NCBI RefSeq assembly: GCF_009914755.1
Contig: NC_060947.1
From: the human T2T-CHM13v2.0 reference genome, Homo sapiens
Strand: one strand, 5' to 3'
Length of the DNA: 64,000 bases
Below, in pieces: positions 31,408 to 46,116 of this stretch; the stretch's first letter is position 1, and every line of letters starts with the position of its first letter. Under the pieces are notes generated by a model. That model was not told the DNA's origin and made no database searches. It saw only the letters and a program-made list of their open reading frames with translations. The position numbers and the translations under genes were made by a program.

Positions 31408-32009
31408 TACTGTACAAGGAAAACCCCGTCGGATCTGTTATTGCGGGATACTTGTGAAATATACATAGGATTCTTTCTTATGGCTGCATCCCGGATCTGG
31501 AAATTTTACTTGGGGACCAGGAGGATTTGAAAGGCTGCATGTACTCAGAAGATTTGCAAGCAACACTCCAATTCTTGTCATAGAGCTCGCAGACTTCTCA
31601 CTTATCGGCTTTTTTCCTTCCTTATTTTTTAAGAATTATTCTTATTTTCCCCTCTCTTTTTCTGCTCTCTCCTCTCTCAGTCTCTCCTTTTCTATCTGCC
31701 TCTTCATTTTTCTCCTAGTCTGTTTTTTTTTTCCTGCTCTGCACCTGGATTGTATCTTCAGCAAACAATCGGGCACTTTGAGAACTAACTGGAGACAGTC
31801 TTGTAGGGAAGATCTGTATGGAATTATCTGCTTTTATGGTGAACTTGGCATTTGTGAATGGGAATCTTGTTCACAATATTAATTGCTAGCAAAAACAAGA
31901 AAAAGAACACAGGAGTAAAACGTGGATTTTTCTGAATACGCATTGTGATGACCAGCAATTACCTTACCGACTAATATCCAGAGGAGAATAATTTGGAAGA
32001 CTGTTGTGG
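31408..32009 (+). other. IL1RAPL1: Non-coding first exon (5' UTR), probably IL1RAPL1 exon 1; 5' boundary approximate
   Basis: Unique, repeat-free sequence downstream of a GC/CpG-enriched region, ending at the donor ...GACTGTTGTGG|GTAAGG (GT at 32010-32011). The exon end matches my recollection of the IL1RAPL1 mRNA just upstream of its exon-2 start codon (MKAPIPHL...). Identity is from memory, not a search. Confidence 0.7.
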
Positions 32010-32164
32010 GTAAGGTCATTTTATATATGCAAACCCATCAGTGGCATGAGCAAACTTGGGCATTTGTAATGGGAATGGGTGACTTGAATGATTGCTGCAT
32101 CGCATTGATGGCTGTGATGTGGCCGTTATTGGCACTGAATGGAATAACTGCAGTTGGGTGTGTT

Positions 32165-32167
<3 letters not shown>

Positions 32168-32211
<44 letters not shown>

Positions 32212-32240
32212 TGTGCGTGTGTGTGTATATGTATGTGTGC
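32168..32240 (+). repeat. (TG)n microsatellite with TA/CG interruptions
   Basis: Seen directly; purine-pyrimidine alternation is unbroken over 73 bp. Confidence 0.97.
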
Positions 32241-35200
32241 CCGTATTCTGAGTGCAATTGAAAATCAAAGTATCACTCTCTCCCCCAATTATTTTGATAT
32301 GGAAGAGTGTCTTGAATTAATTCTGGGTAGACACTCTTTGTTTGAATGTAATATTTGTGGCCCCTGCGTTCTGGAAGGGGTAGCAGCAGTAAAAGAAACA
32401 CTTAGTGAAGAGCCCCATTTAAAATGAAACGAGCTACTCTCTATGCATTAAAAGAAATATGTTTTCAACTCAGTGCAGCATTCTGCTGCATTTCACAGCC
32501 GCAATGGGACCAGGGACATCCCACTTGTCAAGTTCTTAAACTTTAAGGTGATAATCATCGTTAATTGTTCTCTAGGTTGTGGTTACTGGAGATTATTAAG
32601 CGCCCTGGGCTACTTTTTTATCTACTGGATTATCACTCAGAGTGAAAAAAGGAAAAGAAAAGAAAAAGCTAAAAATGATGGCTAACATAGAGAAGAATAA
32701 GGCAACATTATCTTAAATATCACCACAGTGCTTTCTTTCTCAAGTTCAATTGCCCAATAATATAATTATTTACCCAATATCCTAAATAGCTGAAGCTGAG
32801 ACCCACGTGCAGGGGAGTCGAAGGTCTGAAAGCAGAGACCGTCCTTTTATTGCAATGCAGCCAGCTTGGGAAATGCAGGCAATTAATTACATACTTCCCC
32901 TAACCTTAAGTTGAAGATGTGTCCTGTCTGCTACATCTATTTTACCCTTTCGGTAAAAAGTTAGAGACTAGAACACTAAGGATGTTTAAGCATATTCTGC
33001 CTGGGAAATGGGATAAAGAAATCAATATTGATGACGTGGTTCAGTGCACTGTACTGCAATGCTAAAGTTCCATATTCAGTGCCTGTGATGAGAGAGTGGA
33101 GCATTTACATATGTTATAAATCTCACCTGGTAGATTGATCCAAAGGGGAGGGGAGAAGATATGTGGATATGTAGGAAGATGGATGGAAGTCGTGCATAAT
33201 CGGTGATTATGTAACTTCATTACATCAGCGAGTTTCAGTCAACGATAGTGAGATGAGATGATTGTATAGAGAGAGGCTCCATCACCCTGTTAACTTTTGA
33301 AGGCTTGTAACAGCTAACAGAGGAGGAGGGCAGAGAGAGATTAGCTCCAAGGGTCCTGTAAACCTTGATCTCTATGGCAAATTTTGCATGAGTTTTCTCA
33401 TAGTGAGTTTCGGAGGGACATCAGATCATATAAGCTTTAGGGCTGGACAGGACCAATTTTAGCCACACCCGTGGAGAGTCAAAATGAGTCTGCGATGTTT
33501 CAGAAGTGCCCCATTGAGTAACTGGGACTGATGATTCCAGCCAAGGTCATAGTTCTTTACCCTAGGATTGAAATATATGACCCCAACTGAATGGAAAGTT
33601 AAATTCATTGAAATGATGACTGTGAACGGAATGAATATTTAGGGTCCTTTCTTGCATTTTTCCTGGTAGAGCTTGATGCAGATTTCAGCCTGGTGGTTCC
33701 CTCATAAAAATGATGATTGCTTCCACAGCGTGTCAGAAATGACTGTTTTGTCCCTTTATCTTAACCATGACAATCTCTTTCTGGGCCATTTTAACCTTCT
33801 GGGAAAAGAGAAGTAAAAGCATTCAAAGGTAACAGTACCCTGTTAAATTACAAATTAAATGGCACTGGATTCATTATTAACACAAATCCCAGAAAAAAAG
33901 AGCAATCCATGTTCAAGTTTCACTTATTGAATGGCTTAAAAGACAGGTTGCAGCTGCCAAAGACTTTTACCATCAGATGAGATAAATGTACTGTGCTCAC
34001 TGTGCAGAGAAGGGAATACTGCAGAATAAAATGTCATTTTCCCTCATGTTTTATCTGGAGTTGTGATTTTTTTTAAAGAAGATACACATCAGGTCCTTTT
34101 GGCCTTCTACTGTTTTAGGATCTGTTTTCTCCTCAATAGATCACATATTCACAAAAAATGAAACTTCTGAAATCCTAACCCTGTTCAGTTGAATCACCTT
34201 ATTATCTAGTTGTGCTATTTCCTATTTCTCTTTACATTTATTTTACAAAGAGGGCTAAACGACTTTTCTGTCAGGGAGATGAGATGATTTTTTTCTGTTT
34301 TTCTTTTATTTCTCATATTCCATTTCCTTCCAGTCCTAAGGAGTAAGATGCAGAATCTAGACACCCTCTAAGTAACTTTGAAAAGATTTGCTCACCCTGA
34401 GTCAGAATGGTGGGATTGGGGAATGAAATTCTAAGGTCTGATATTTGAGGTGACTTTCATACTTCTGCAGGACATGCACAAACATTGATGTATTGTGCCA
34501 GTGGATTGGGAGGTTTGGCGTTCATATTGTGTAGGAAATTGAATGTGAATTTAACTCCTGATTCCTTCCTTCAGGGGTCAGGGTAGCACAACAGCTGCTT
34601 CCAGGCTGTTGGTTTCCAACTATGTGCACAAATATAGTCTGTAATGATTTTTCCTACTCCTTCTTTCAATATTTTATAAATGACTTCCTCAGTTGTTTTC
34701 TGACGTAAGCCACACATATGTTACCAAGCAGGGCATAGGTTTTCTAAGCTCAGTAGGAGATGGAAATAATAGCAGGATGGAAAAAGATTCTGTACAAAAA
34801 GACACTGGTTGTGAAGCAAATATACATATGTAATTGCTAACTCCTTACTTGAAGACTGCATATACTTCTATTAGGAAAGATAGTTTCAATCATGTTAATG
34901 GCACTTTATAAGCTGTTACTTTCTTTAGGAAGATTATGTAACTAAGGCAGGTTATGGCATTTTTCTTAAGTATCCTACACATTAGTAATAAAAAGCTTTG
35001 TCTAATAGGAAAGCATTTAAACATGATGGCAGTGGGTAATTTGAAATGTAACATCTATTTTCTATTTTATTTCCATTTTGTCAGCCGCAGTCATGTAGTT
35101 AGGTTAGAAAATATTTGGGAAAAAAAGAAATACCATTTATGAATATGAAAGCTATCAATTTTGTTTCCTGACCAGTTGCTTCAGCAAAGTAAGGAGATTT

Positions 35201-38200
35201 AGCAGATAAGTAATCACGGTATTCCTAAAACTAGAGAAAATTTTAAATTGAATTTTCATTATGTTTGCAACATATGTGAACAAATCAGTATTACTTTTAA
35301 AATGGCTATTAGATAAAACATTTTAAAGAACAGTTGAACTTTGAAGATTTATATTTCAGAATTTGTTAGTTTGTTACACACTGAAATGTTTGGGATGTAC
35401 TTTGACTTACAACAGATATGATGTTTGGTGTTTGGCAAATCTTGTGTTTTTATAAAGCAGACTACTCTATAATTTGTAGCAACAAAACAAGTGTTGATTA
35501 TTGAGATTTAAAAGTAGCAAGTTTTCTGGTGATGCTCAAGTTATAAAGCATAATTATAATTGTACCGGTTGGGCAGCTATAGGTAAGGTCGCGTCAGCCT
35601 TTTTATTACTAAATTCCAACCCTATTTCCATTAGGTTTATCGGGAATCTCAAAGAGGAGAGTCCAGTTCTGTGAGACATCAAGGCATTGTAGAATTCCGG
35701 GCTGAGTCAGAGGGCTCGAAACTGTACTTCCGGCTCTGTCAATTACTAGCCTTGTGACCTCTGACACCACATTTGATTTCTCAGTGTTCCAGAGAATCAT
35801 TTTTTAAAAAAATAAATAGTTGCACATTGCTCTACAGAAAGGAGATAATATGTGTCTAAGTACTTACCACCATCCTATGCCTTAGAAATATATGGAATTA
35901 TTATTAAGGATTCCCTTAAGTCTTATTAATTTAGCTGTGCATGTTTTTTACACCCTTATTGTAAATCTGAATAGGTGCTTTCTAGTAGCAATTACAGTTA
36001 GCTGTACATAATACTGTTCAGTGATTAACCAACAAAGACAAATTAAAAGCTTTGTTGGTTAACTTTCACTCAGTACTCAGTTTTTTCCAGAAGTACTCAT
36101 ATGGGAATATAGTTGTCTTAAGTAATTAAAAAAATAGTTGCTTTTGAATAACATTCAAACAGTGGTAACTAAGGGTTTTATGTGTGAGAGTGTTTTCTGC
36201 AGATTGCTTTTTAAAAAATGCTTCTGAGTACTTAGGAGTTTCTGTTTCTGCTACCAAGAGCACACAAACAAATGTACACAAACTTGATGCTACTTCACAG
36301 ACTGAGTACATTGACCAGAAAGTGACTCTTGTCTTTCAGTATATTAACAAAAGCATAATGAGTTTGAATACCAAGTGTAATAGAGAAAATGAGAATATAA
36401 AGATACCCGGTCTGTTTGGAATTTTCTAGTTGTAATAATTACTAACTTTCTTTAGGGGGAGGCAATCCCCCATGTGTCACTACTAAAACTGCATCTCTTT
36501 AATGTTCTTGTATCTTAACAGAATGATATTTACATATATGCAAAGAGGATAGTTTAGTGATATGAGCTTCCATGTATGTTTTTCAGTGACTGAATAATCA
36601 GGTTACAGAGTAAGTTTTTGTATTTTGGTTAAAATAGAATTGGAAAGTGCAAAATTAACCCTGTAATAAATTAGTAGTCCTGGGCTTAAAATAAAGAATT
36701 TTCATGTTGTAGAGCAACCTCCTCTTCGTAACTTCCCAGTGTCTTGCTTTTCTTTTCAAGGATTCCCAATATATTTTTGTTTCAGATGAATTTCATTATG
36801 CATGTTTATCTGACTTCATTGATGCCTATTAATAGCAAGCATTTTCTTGGTTTCCTATATTTAAAAAATGCATGTTCTTTATGTCTTATGGCAATACTTT
36901 AGATTTGCTCTGGCAGATTTATGAAAGAATATTGTATGAATGTAGACAGGCTTGTTTATTTGACAAATTCAGCTAATCACCTTACAAATATGCTTTTAAT
37001 TTTCACCCAGAAAATGCCACCCTGGAGTGTCTTATACTGCATATAACATTCTATTACAGTCCAACCACATGGCTCAGTGGACATACTTATCCATTAAGTA
37101 TGCTTATCCTGACCATTGGTTTACTAGGAAAGATCCTTAATTGACATGCTTTTTGGTATCCTTGTGTAGACACAATATTCAGGTGCCCAAACTCTAAAAC
37201 TCCTGTCTTTTAGCTACAGAGAAGGGATGACTAGGTGGCTTGATGTTGCTTTCTTATCACATGATCTGAAAATCCCAGGCACTGAACTGTGAATAAAGCA
37301 AAGGGAGAAAGAAAAGAAAGAGAACTAAAAGAAAATTTTACTTCTGAAAATTTTGCTCTTTCCCATTTTAATATCACAATATTAAAAGCAATCTTTTTTA
37401 TCACAAGCTATTCAAATGGTTTGTTATAGTTACTATGCTCATATATATCAAATACGATAAATGGCACTAAATGAGCTGCTTTGTTCTTACAGGAGCTACA
37501 CCTCTGTGAACATAAATTTAAGAGTTAAACTAGATTGTACGTTGTAACACTACGTCAGGATATTGTGTGTAGAATTTGGACTTACTGAAAAATTGAAATG
37601 GATTGTGGATTGTAATCATATAATTATAGACTTTTACTCTTTCGATGTTTATTAGGTATCTTATACTTTATTTGAATTATAATTATAATAAATCAGCATA
37701 TGGATAATCATAAAATTATTCATAGTAGTTTATCTTCTTATGACCTAATCAAAACGAGTTACCTTATCGATGTTTTAGATTAATATGTATGACTTGGTAT
37801 AGTGATCTTCATCATTTTCTGGTGCAAAGTTCCCTTTTTAATTAAAAAAATTCACTGGAAGTCCACTTAGTCATAGTTATACTTTCAGTATCCATTAATT
37901 GAGAAAATGCATGATAATAATAGTAAATTATTATGAATATAATAACTCTTTAAAAATGAATTTATGTATAGTCACAACAGAGTCTACTTATATCTTTGAA
38001 ATGCATGGTTTATTCTATCTACATAGAAAGTTTGGTGTTTATATAGATTCTAGATTCCTTGGAGTAACTCCTGCAGCTGTAGTAAATAAAAGATCCATAT
38101 GTCTAGAGGCAAAATACTTGCATTACATATACATATTAATCATGTTCATCTTACAGAGAAAATGAAAGGTAAGTGCGTATGGTGGTGGTTTGTGGATCAA

Positions 38201-40282
38201 AGGAGTTGAATTTCGGTATAGATGGACTTAAGAGTATATAATTTTCTGAGGATGTACATTTAGAGTTCCAAAATATTCCCATTCGAGTTTTAGGATTCAA
38301 CAGTTGTAATTTAAAATTGGTTGATTTTGGAAAATAATTGCTTTTTTAAAAAATAAACATTGTTTTTATTGTAGCCAAAATAAAAATGAATTATTATAAA
38401 AGCCAAAGGTGATCAAAATCTCATAAAAACCTAATAGAATTATATGCATTATAGGAGTAAGGGATGCCCCATTATGTGATTTTAAACAAGGAATTTGCGA
38501 ACCAGAGAAATGAAGTGAAGTTTCCAAGATCTTACAATTTGTTGGCTCTCTCATGATGCATGATTTCAGTTCCTTCATATAAGCCCTCAGCTGGGTGTTC
38601 TAGTTATATAGCAATATGTCCTGGCATACAGCATTATTTTTTATTAGTACAGCTAATGTTGGCATATCGAATCCTTTGGCCTCTAGCTTACTTTACCGAT
38701 TTGTGATCAGTCGTCTGACTTCTGCACTCAGAATCTGTGGACTTTATTTTTCCTTTACGCACACCTGATTTTTGACCTCATTTGATCCCTGGAGACACAA
38801 TACAAAGGAGAGTTGAGAACATAGGTCACTGGTGGGTCTTCTTGTCTTTTCCATACTGTGCTTTTCCCATTAGCTTTGTATCTTTCCACCTGCAGGGAAT
38901 TGCTCTTCTTTGGAGCCTCTCCACTTTCTGGACTTTCCTGAACATCCCTGGCCATCTTTGTCTCAGTGCTGCATGCTACCTTCTTGCTTCCAGGGGATTC
39001 CACTAAGGGGTCCTATCAAAATATCTTCTAGCTACACTTTATCCCACTTTGACGATATTGAATTTCATATTTCATTTCTTCATCAACAGGGTCAGTCTGC
39101 TTACATAAACAATAGTGAACCAATTTTGGAATAATGAAGACAGTAATATTTTATCAAGTTTGCCAAGCTACAATCATATAACTACTACTAAATGAACAAG
39201 ATACAGCTGGTGTGTGTGTGTGTATCCTCATATCCTAATGACTGCATTAATATGTGTATCCACACACATACATGATTTTTGTTGAAATGTTTGACAAATG
39301 AATCATCGTTAATATGCTAAAGAGGAAAGTTTGGAATAACAGGCTTTATCCCTTTGTATTATAATAGTGACATTTCTAGAAAAGATGCCATTAACTTCTG
39401 ACCCCGAAAAATAGCTTGAAAGGACTGCATTTTAGATGATAAGGTGGAGACAGGGCTGTGGAGGACATACTTTTGTTCAGGCTGAATCCCGCAGTGCCCT
39501 CTAGAGTTACTGGGTAGGGAGCTGGTAGCATACCTGTATGAAGAAATGACACTGGCTATGAACACTATGATGCTTACAACCTCTCTGCCAACTTTATTTC
39601 AGAAGAGACACAGTCAGGAGAGCTAAATACAGTGGTAAAAATGGAAAAACTGAGAGAGTTAGAATGGTATCAAGTATTTTGTGTAAACAAAGCTTCATGT
39701 GGCCAAGGGAGAAAATTTGAATGTAACAAATGGATCTGGTAGCTCTCAGTGTTTGGTTTTTGGATACCCCTATTAAAGCTCCTAATTGTTCTCACCATGA
39801 CAGAACTCCTGAATGGTACTCAAGAGGCACCCAGCTCCACAGTGTGCAGAGTAAATGCATTCAAGGGATCTCTAGGGGTTTTTGACTCTGCTGTTTTTTC
39901 TTGTCGAGGTTCTCCTACAGGGCCCTTAATAACACAGCCACAGAGCAAGCCGCTTATGTCAGTGGGTGTGCTCTTCTCAATGAGTGAATGGTTTAGCTTA
40001 GCTCTAGGAGGCAAGTGCCTGCTGGTCTTGTATTTCCAGGGCCCAACATTGTGCACAGCATATAGTAGGTCATCAGTAAATCATTACACAAGCAAACGCT
40101 TAAACACTTACGGATAACAGGTCAGTTTTAGATCTGTGTTCTCCAAAACTCATGCTACATTATACGTAGAGACAAAAGCTTCTGATTTAAAAAAGTAAAA
40201 AAAGGAAAATTGAGTAATAAAGGAGAGAGAATTAATATTAGGTAGTTTAAAACCTACAAATGAACTGAAGGAGAAGAAATCA

Positions 40283-40362
40283 CCTGCCTGCCTGTCTCCC
40301 TCCCTCCCTTCCTTCCTTCCCTCCCTCCCCTTCTTCTTCCTTTCCTCCCCCTTCCTTCCACC
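40283..40362. repeat. CT-rich simple repeat
   Basis: CCTG/CCCT/CCTT runs. Confidence 0.8.
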
Positions 40363-40510
40363 TCTATCATAGGTATTTAAGTGCCTTCACTGTTCAAGGG
40401 GATGCAAGAGGGACTGCAAAGGTCCCTCCCTACAGAGATGACTGATGTCATGTGTCTGGGCCCAAAAATGGTTTAGTTAGGGATATGACTACTAAACAAA
40501 ATCACATATA

Positions 40511-40812
40511 CCGACATCCCTTGGTGTCCATGGGGATTGGTTCCAGGACCCCTTGTGGACACCAAAATCCACAGATGCTCGAGTCCCTAATATAAAATGG
40601 TCTCGTATTTGCATATGACCTATGTACATCCTCCTGTATAAATTATCTGAAGATTACTTATACCTAATACAGTGTAAATGCTATGTAAATAGTTGTTACA
40701 TTGTATTTTTATTTGTATTATTTTTAATTATTTTGTTGTTCTTTTTAAATTGTTTTTAAAAAATATTCCTGATCCATGGTTGCTTGGATCCACAGATATG
40801 GAAGGCCACCTG
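40511..40812. mobile_element. MER2-like (Tigger family) DNA transposon
   Basis: CCCTTGGTGTCCATGGGGATTGGTTCCAGGACCCC...AAAATCCACAGATGCTC...GATATGGAAGGCCACCTG. Confidence 0.8.
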
Positions 40813-41357
40813 TTATTATAATTCAAGATAGTCTACCATACATACTTCTAAGAGAGATGCCAAGTATGCTATGGGCTCAAGAAACGTTCAGGACACATGC
40901 ACGTAGAGGGATTAGGTGAGGCTTGCTGAAGGAGGCAGCCTTTGTATTGGACTTTGAAGGAGTTAACATGGGTATGGAGATGTGACCTTCTAAATAGAGG
41001 GGAGATCAAAAATATACTGTAAGGAGGACCAAATGGAGCATGGTTAAGGAAGATCCAATGTTCTTGTTTCCCCAGAGAAGGGGGTATATGATATGAAATG
41101 TAAGAAGATAAGGCTGGAGCCCTGAGCCTTCATGTCTGGCAAGCAGGAGCCAATGGAATGGTATTGCATGAGCTTAAGGAAAACAGAACATTTCATGACC
41201 CGCTCAGATTTATGCTTTAGGAAGAAGGGGGATGAATTAAGAGTGTGTATCTCCAGGTTACCATTGATTTCAAGTTGTGTGAATTTCCCAGTGACTCCTG
41301 AGTTTCACGCTTATTCCAATTTTCTCATGTAGAACCCCAGGCCTCAAACAGGCATCA

Positions 41358-41968
<611 letters not shown>

Positions 41969-42573
41969 TCATCTGGAAGAAAGAAGTTGAAGGAAGCAAC
42001 TGGGAAAAAAGAAAAAAGGAAAGTGCTTTATATAATGTAATGCCAAGGTGGAAATATAGATTTCAAAATGGTTTTATAGTAAGATCATATGGAATAAGAA
42101 TATTGCTTTCGAGTAGAATGTACATTCAGTAATAAGATAATAGGATTTATTTCTAACAAGTGTGAACTCTTTTGCTAACTACCAATAATTATAACAATTT
42201 TGAATTGTAGCTGGAAATTGGAAAGTGAGCCTCCTAGTAATAAAAAATCCCCATGCTAGTTTAGTTTAAATTATTTTTCTTATCAAATACTTTATCTACA
42301 CTTCTAATAAGTGGAAGAAAAGAAACCAGTAGGTATAGTTTTTTTTCCCATACTGTATCTGATCATTCTATATTGGAAGATGTAGTAAGCTGGAAAATAG
42401 CCAAACGTTGAAGACAAAATGAGAAAAAATGCAATTTACTTAGGCACAAACTAAATGTTATGTACATCATCCTTAGGATTCAGGTGAAAGAACAAGTCTC
42501 ACAGTCTAGCTGTTGTCAAAACTCACTCCCCTATCCCTGAGGATCCTGATTCGGTGTTTGGAATGCAGTATAG

Positions 42574-43225
<652 letters not shown>

Positions 43226-43699
43226 TTGAGGTCAGTAGGATCACCAAGATGTTCCTTGGGAGGGCTTCAGCAGAAACCTCTCAGTCTCTGTCAGTATTAC
43301 TTTCCTCCTGGTGTCATAAGTTACAATGGATATTGGATGCTTTCTTGATGTTTTCCAAAGTGCCCCTCCAACTCAGCTTCAACTTTCAAGTAATAAGTCA
43401 TTTCCAACCACAATGGCACAGGGTAGGCCCCTACTATGCTGAAATCCTCACACTGCCACTGTCTCAGTTGATTATCATGCAGCAATTGTGGCTCATTGTG
43501 GGTCCCTACTAACCACTGTCCTTCAGTCCTATTACGTGATCAGAATTGCCCCTTCCCATATGTATTTTAATGAACTCCTTCATGTGAGTGAATGAGAAAT
43601 ACTACTTGAGGGCCCTATCTGTTGTAAGAATGGTGCTTAACACAGGCTGTAGATGCTCAAGACAGTTCTTGCCATCTAAAGCTTATGGACCAGTGGGAA

Positions 43700-44075
43700 A
43701 GGCATATGTGTTCAATTGGGCTCCCTGGAAACAGACTCCGAGATGAAGAATTGCATACAAAAGTTTTAGTTGTTTCTGAGGCAGAGAAACTGACTGCAAT
43801 GTGGTTGCAGCTGGGGCCCCAGCAGTTCCAATGAGAAGTTCTAAAGATTTGATGGTCCTTCAAAATTGTCTCACATTGAGTCAAGGGGGTTGGGGCTTTC
43901 TGTTTTCACGTCAGGCAGTGACTGGCGGGGGGCTGCCCCACAGGAAGGAGCATAATGTTGGGAAGACAGTTACTTGCAGCTGAGGGTAAATCCCGATGAG
44001 GGACTCGGCTGTGAGCCACCAACGGCAGGATGGGTATACAGGCCATTAAGAGGGGAATGAAAGTTATTTGGAGTC
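43700..44075 (-). mobile_element. Old ERVL-class LTR remnant (LTR16/LTR33-like)
   Basis: GGCTCCCTGGAAACAGACTCCGAGATGAAGAATTGCATAC motif. Confidence 0.5.
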
Positions 44076-45094
44076 TCTGACAAGATCGTATTTTTTCTCT
44101 CACCCCTTGAGGCATGATGCAATAATACCATATGAAATTACTGAGGAAATGCTGTGAAATCGTAAACATTTGTTTAAAGAGATAAAGAAACTAAATACAA
44201 TGGAGTATAAGGCCTTGCTCTATGTAGTTTTGCTTCAGAGAATGTGATTTTCTCAGGAATGTAGTTCAAGTCACATTATAGTTACTCTGTTGTAAGTTAC
44301 CAGGCCACAAATATCTAATGAGCACGTTCTATGTGTCCTGGACTTCCAGAGAGAGAGAGGAAAAAGTGGAAAATTCATGCCTGGAGAGTTTACATAGGAC
44401 CTTTTTTTTTTTCCTCGGTGGTTCATGTGCCTGATTTTGAGTTTAAGGAGGGGATTTGGGGGTGGGGGTCAAGGAAGGGGCAAGGAAATGGAACAGAGTA
44501 GAGTGGGGCCAAGTTTTCTGAATTCCAAGGATAATAAGACAATTGTTTGGGTTGTACAGGACCAGGCTACAGAGGAATATTGAAAGTTGGCGGAAGGCAC
44601 AGACTTGATGAACTGAGTGGTAGTGGAATAAGTCGAATGTAGATTTACTGGTACAGAACAGACAGTGAAAGCAGTGTTTCATTAGCATTAGCCAGTCTAT
44701 GATTTGGACTGGAGGGGAACTAGTTTTGAATACGATGAATTTGAAATCATCGAAATAATATATCCTAGAGTTCAATTTTCACTGAAAGGAAGCATTTCAT
44801 ATAACACTATTCACTTTTATATTATGTGGAAATATTAATTTCCTTCCTTAATGCAAGGGAAGTGACATTACTTAGATTTTTAAAATGCTTTCTTCAACCC
44901 TAGTGAGGTAATAGGAGCACCTTCTATTTTTATCCTATAAAGATTTTCAATCAAGTTAAATACACTGACACTTAATTTTGCCAGTAAGTTTTTAAAGTAC
45001 TGGCTGTGTCTAAATGGGCAACCATTCATTAAATCATAGAAAAATTGAATAGGGATGAACTAAGTACATACCTTTACAGATATAAACATCTCTC

Positions 45095-45460
<366 letters not shown>

Positions 45461-45696
45461 TTAATAAATAACCACTTTGGCAATTTTTTCCCTCACTTGA
45501 CCTAACATTGACTAGATGGTCAACTCAATTCAGTTCAACAAATACTTCCAGATGATCCACCTACTCCATGCTTAATTCAAGCACAAAGCTAGAATGAGGA
45601 ATTTACTCATTGCCACAGCAACTGAGGATGCACATTGTTAAGCATTTTAAAAGATCTGTCTTAAAAAAAAATAGTAATCTTTGCTACCAGCACCTA

Positions 45697-46116
<420 letters not shown>

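Noticed and set aside
39749-40117. 122-aa intronic ORF with hydrophobic N-terminus
   Set aside because: GTG start, no recognisable homology, and the 3' part runs into L2/MIR-like sequence.
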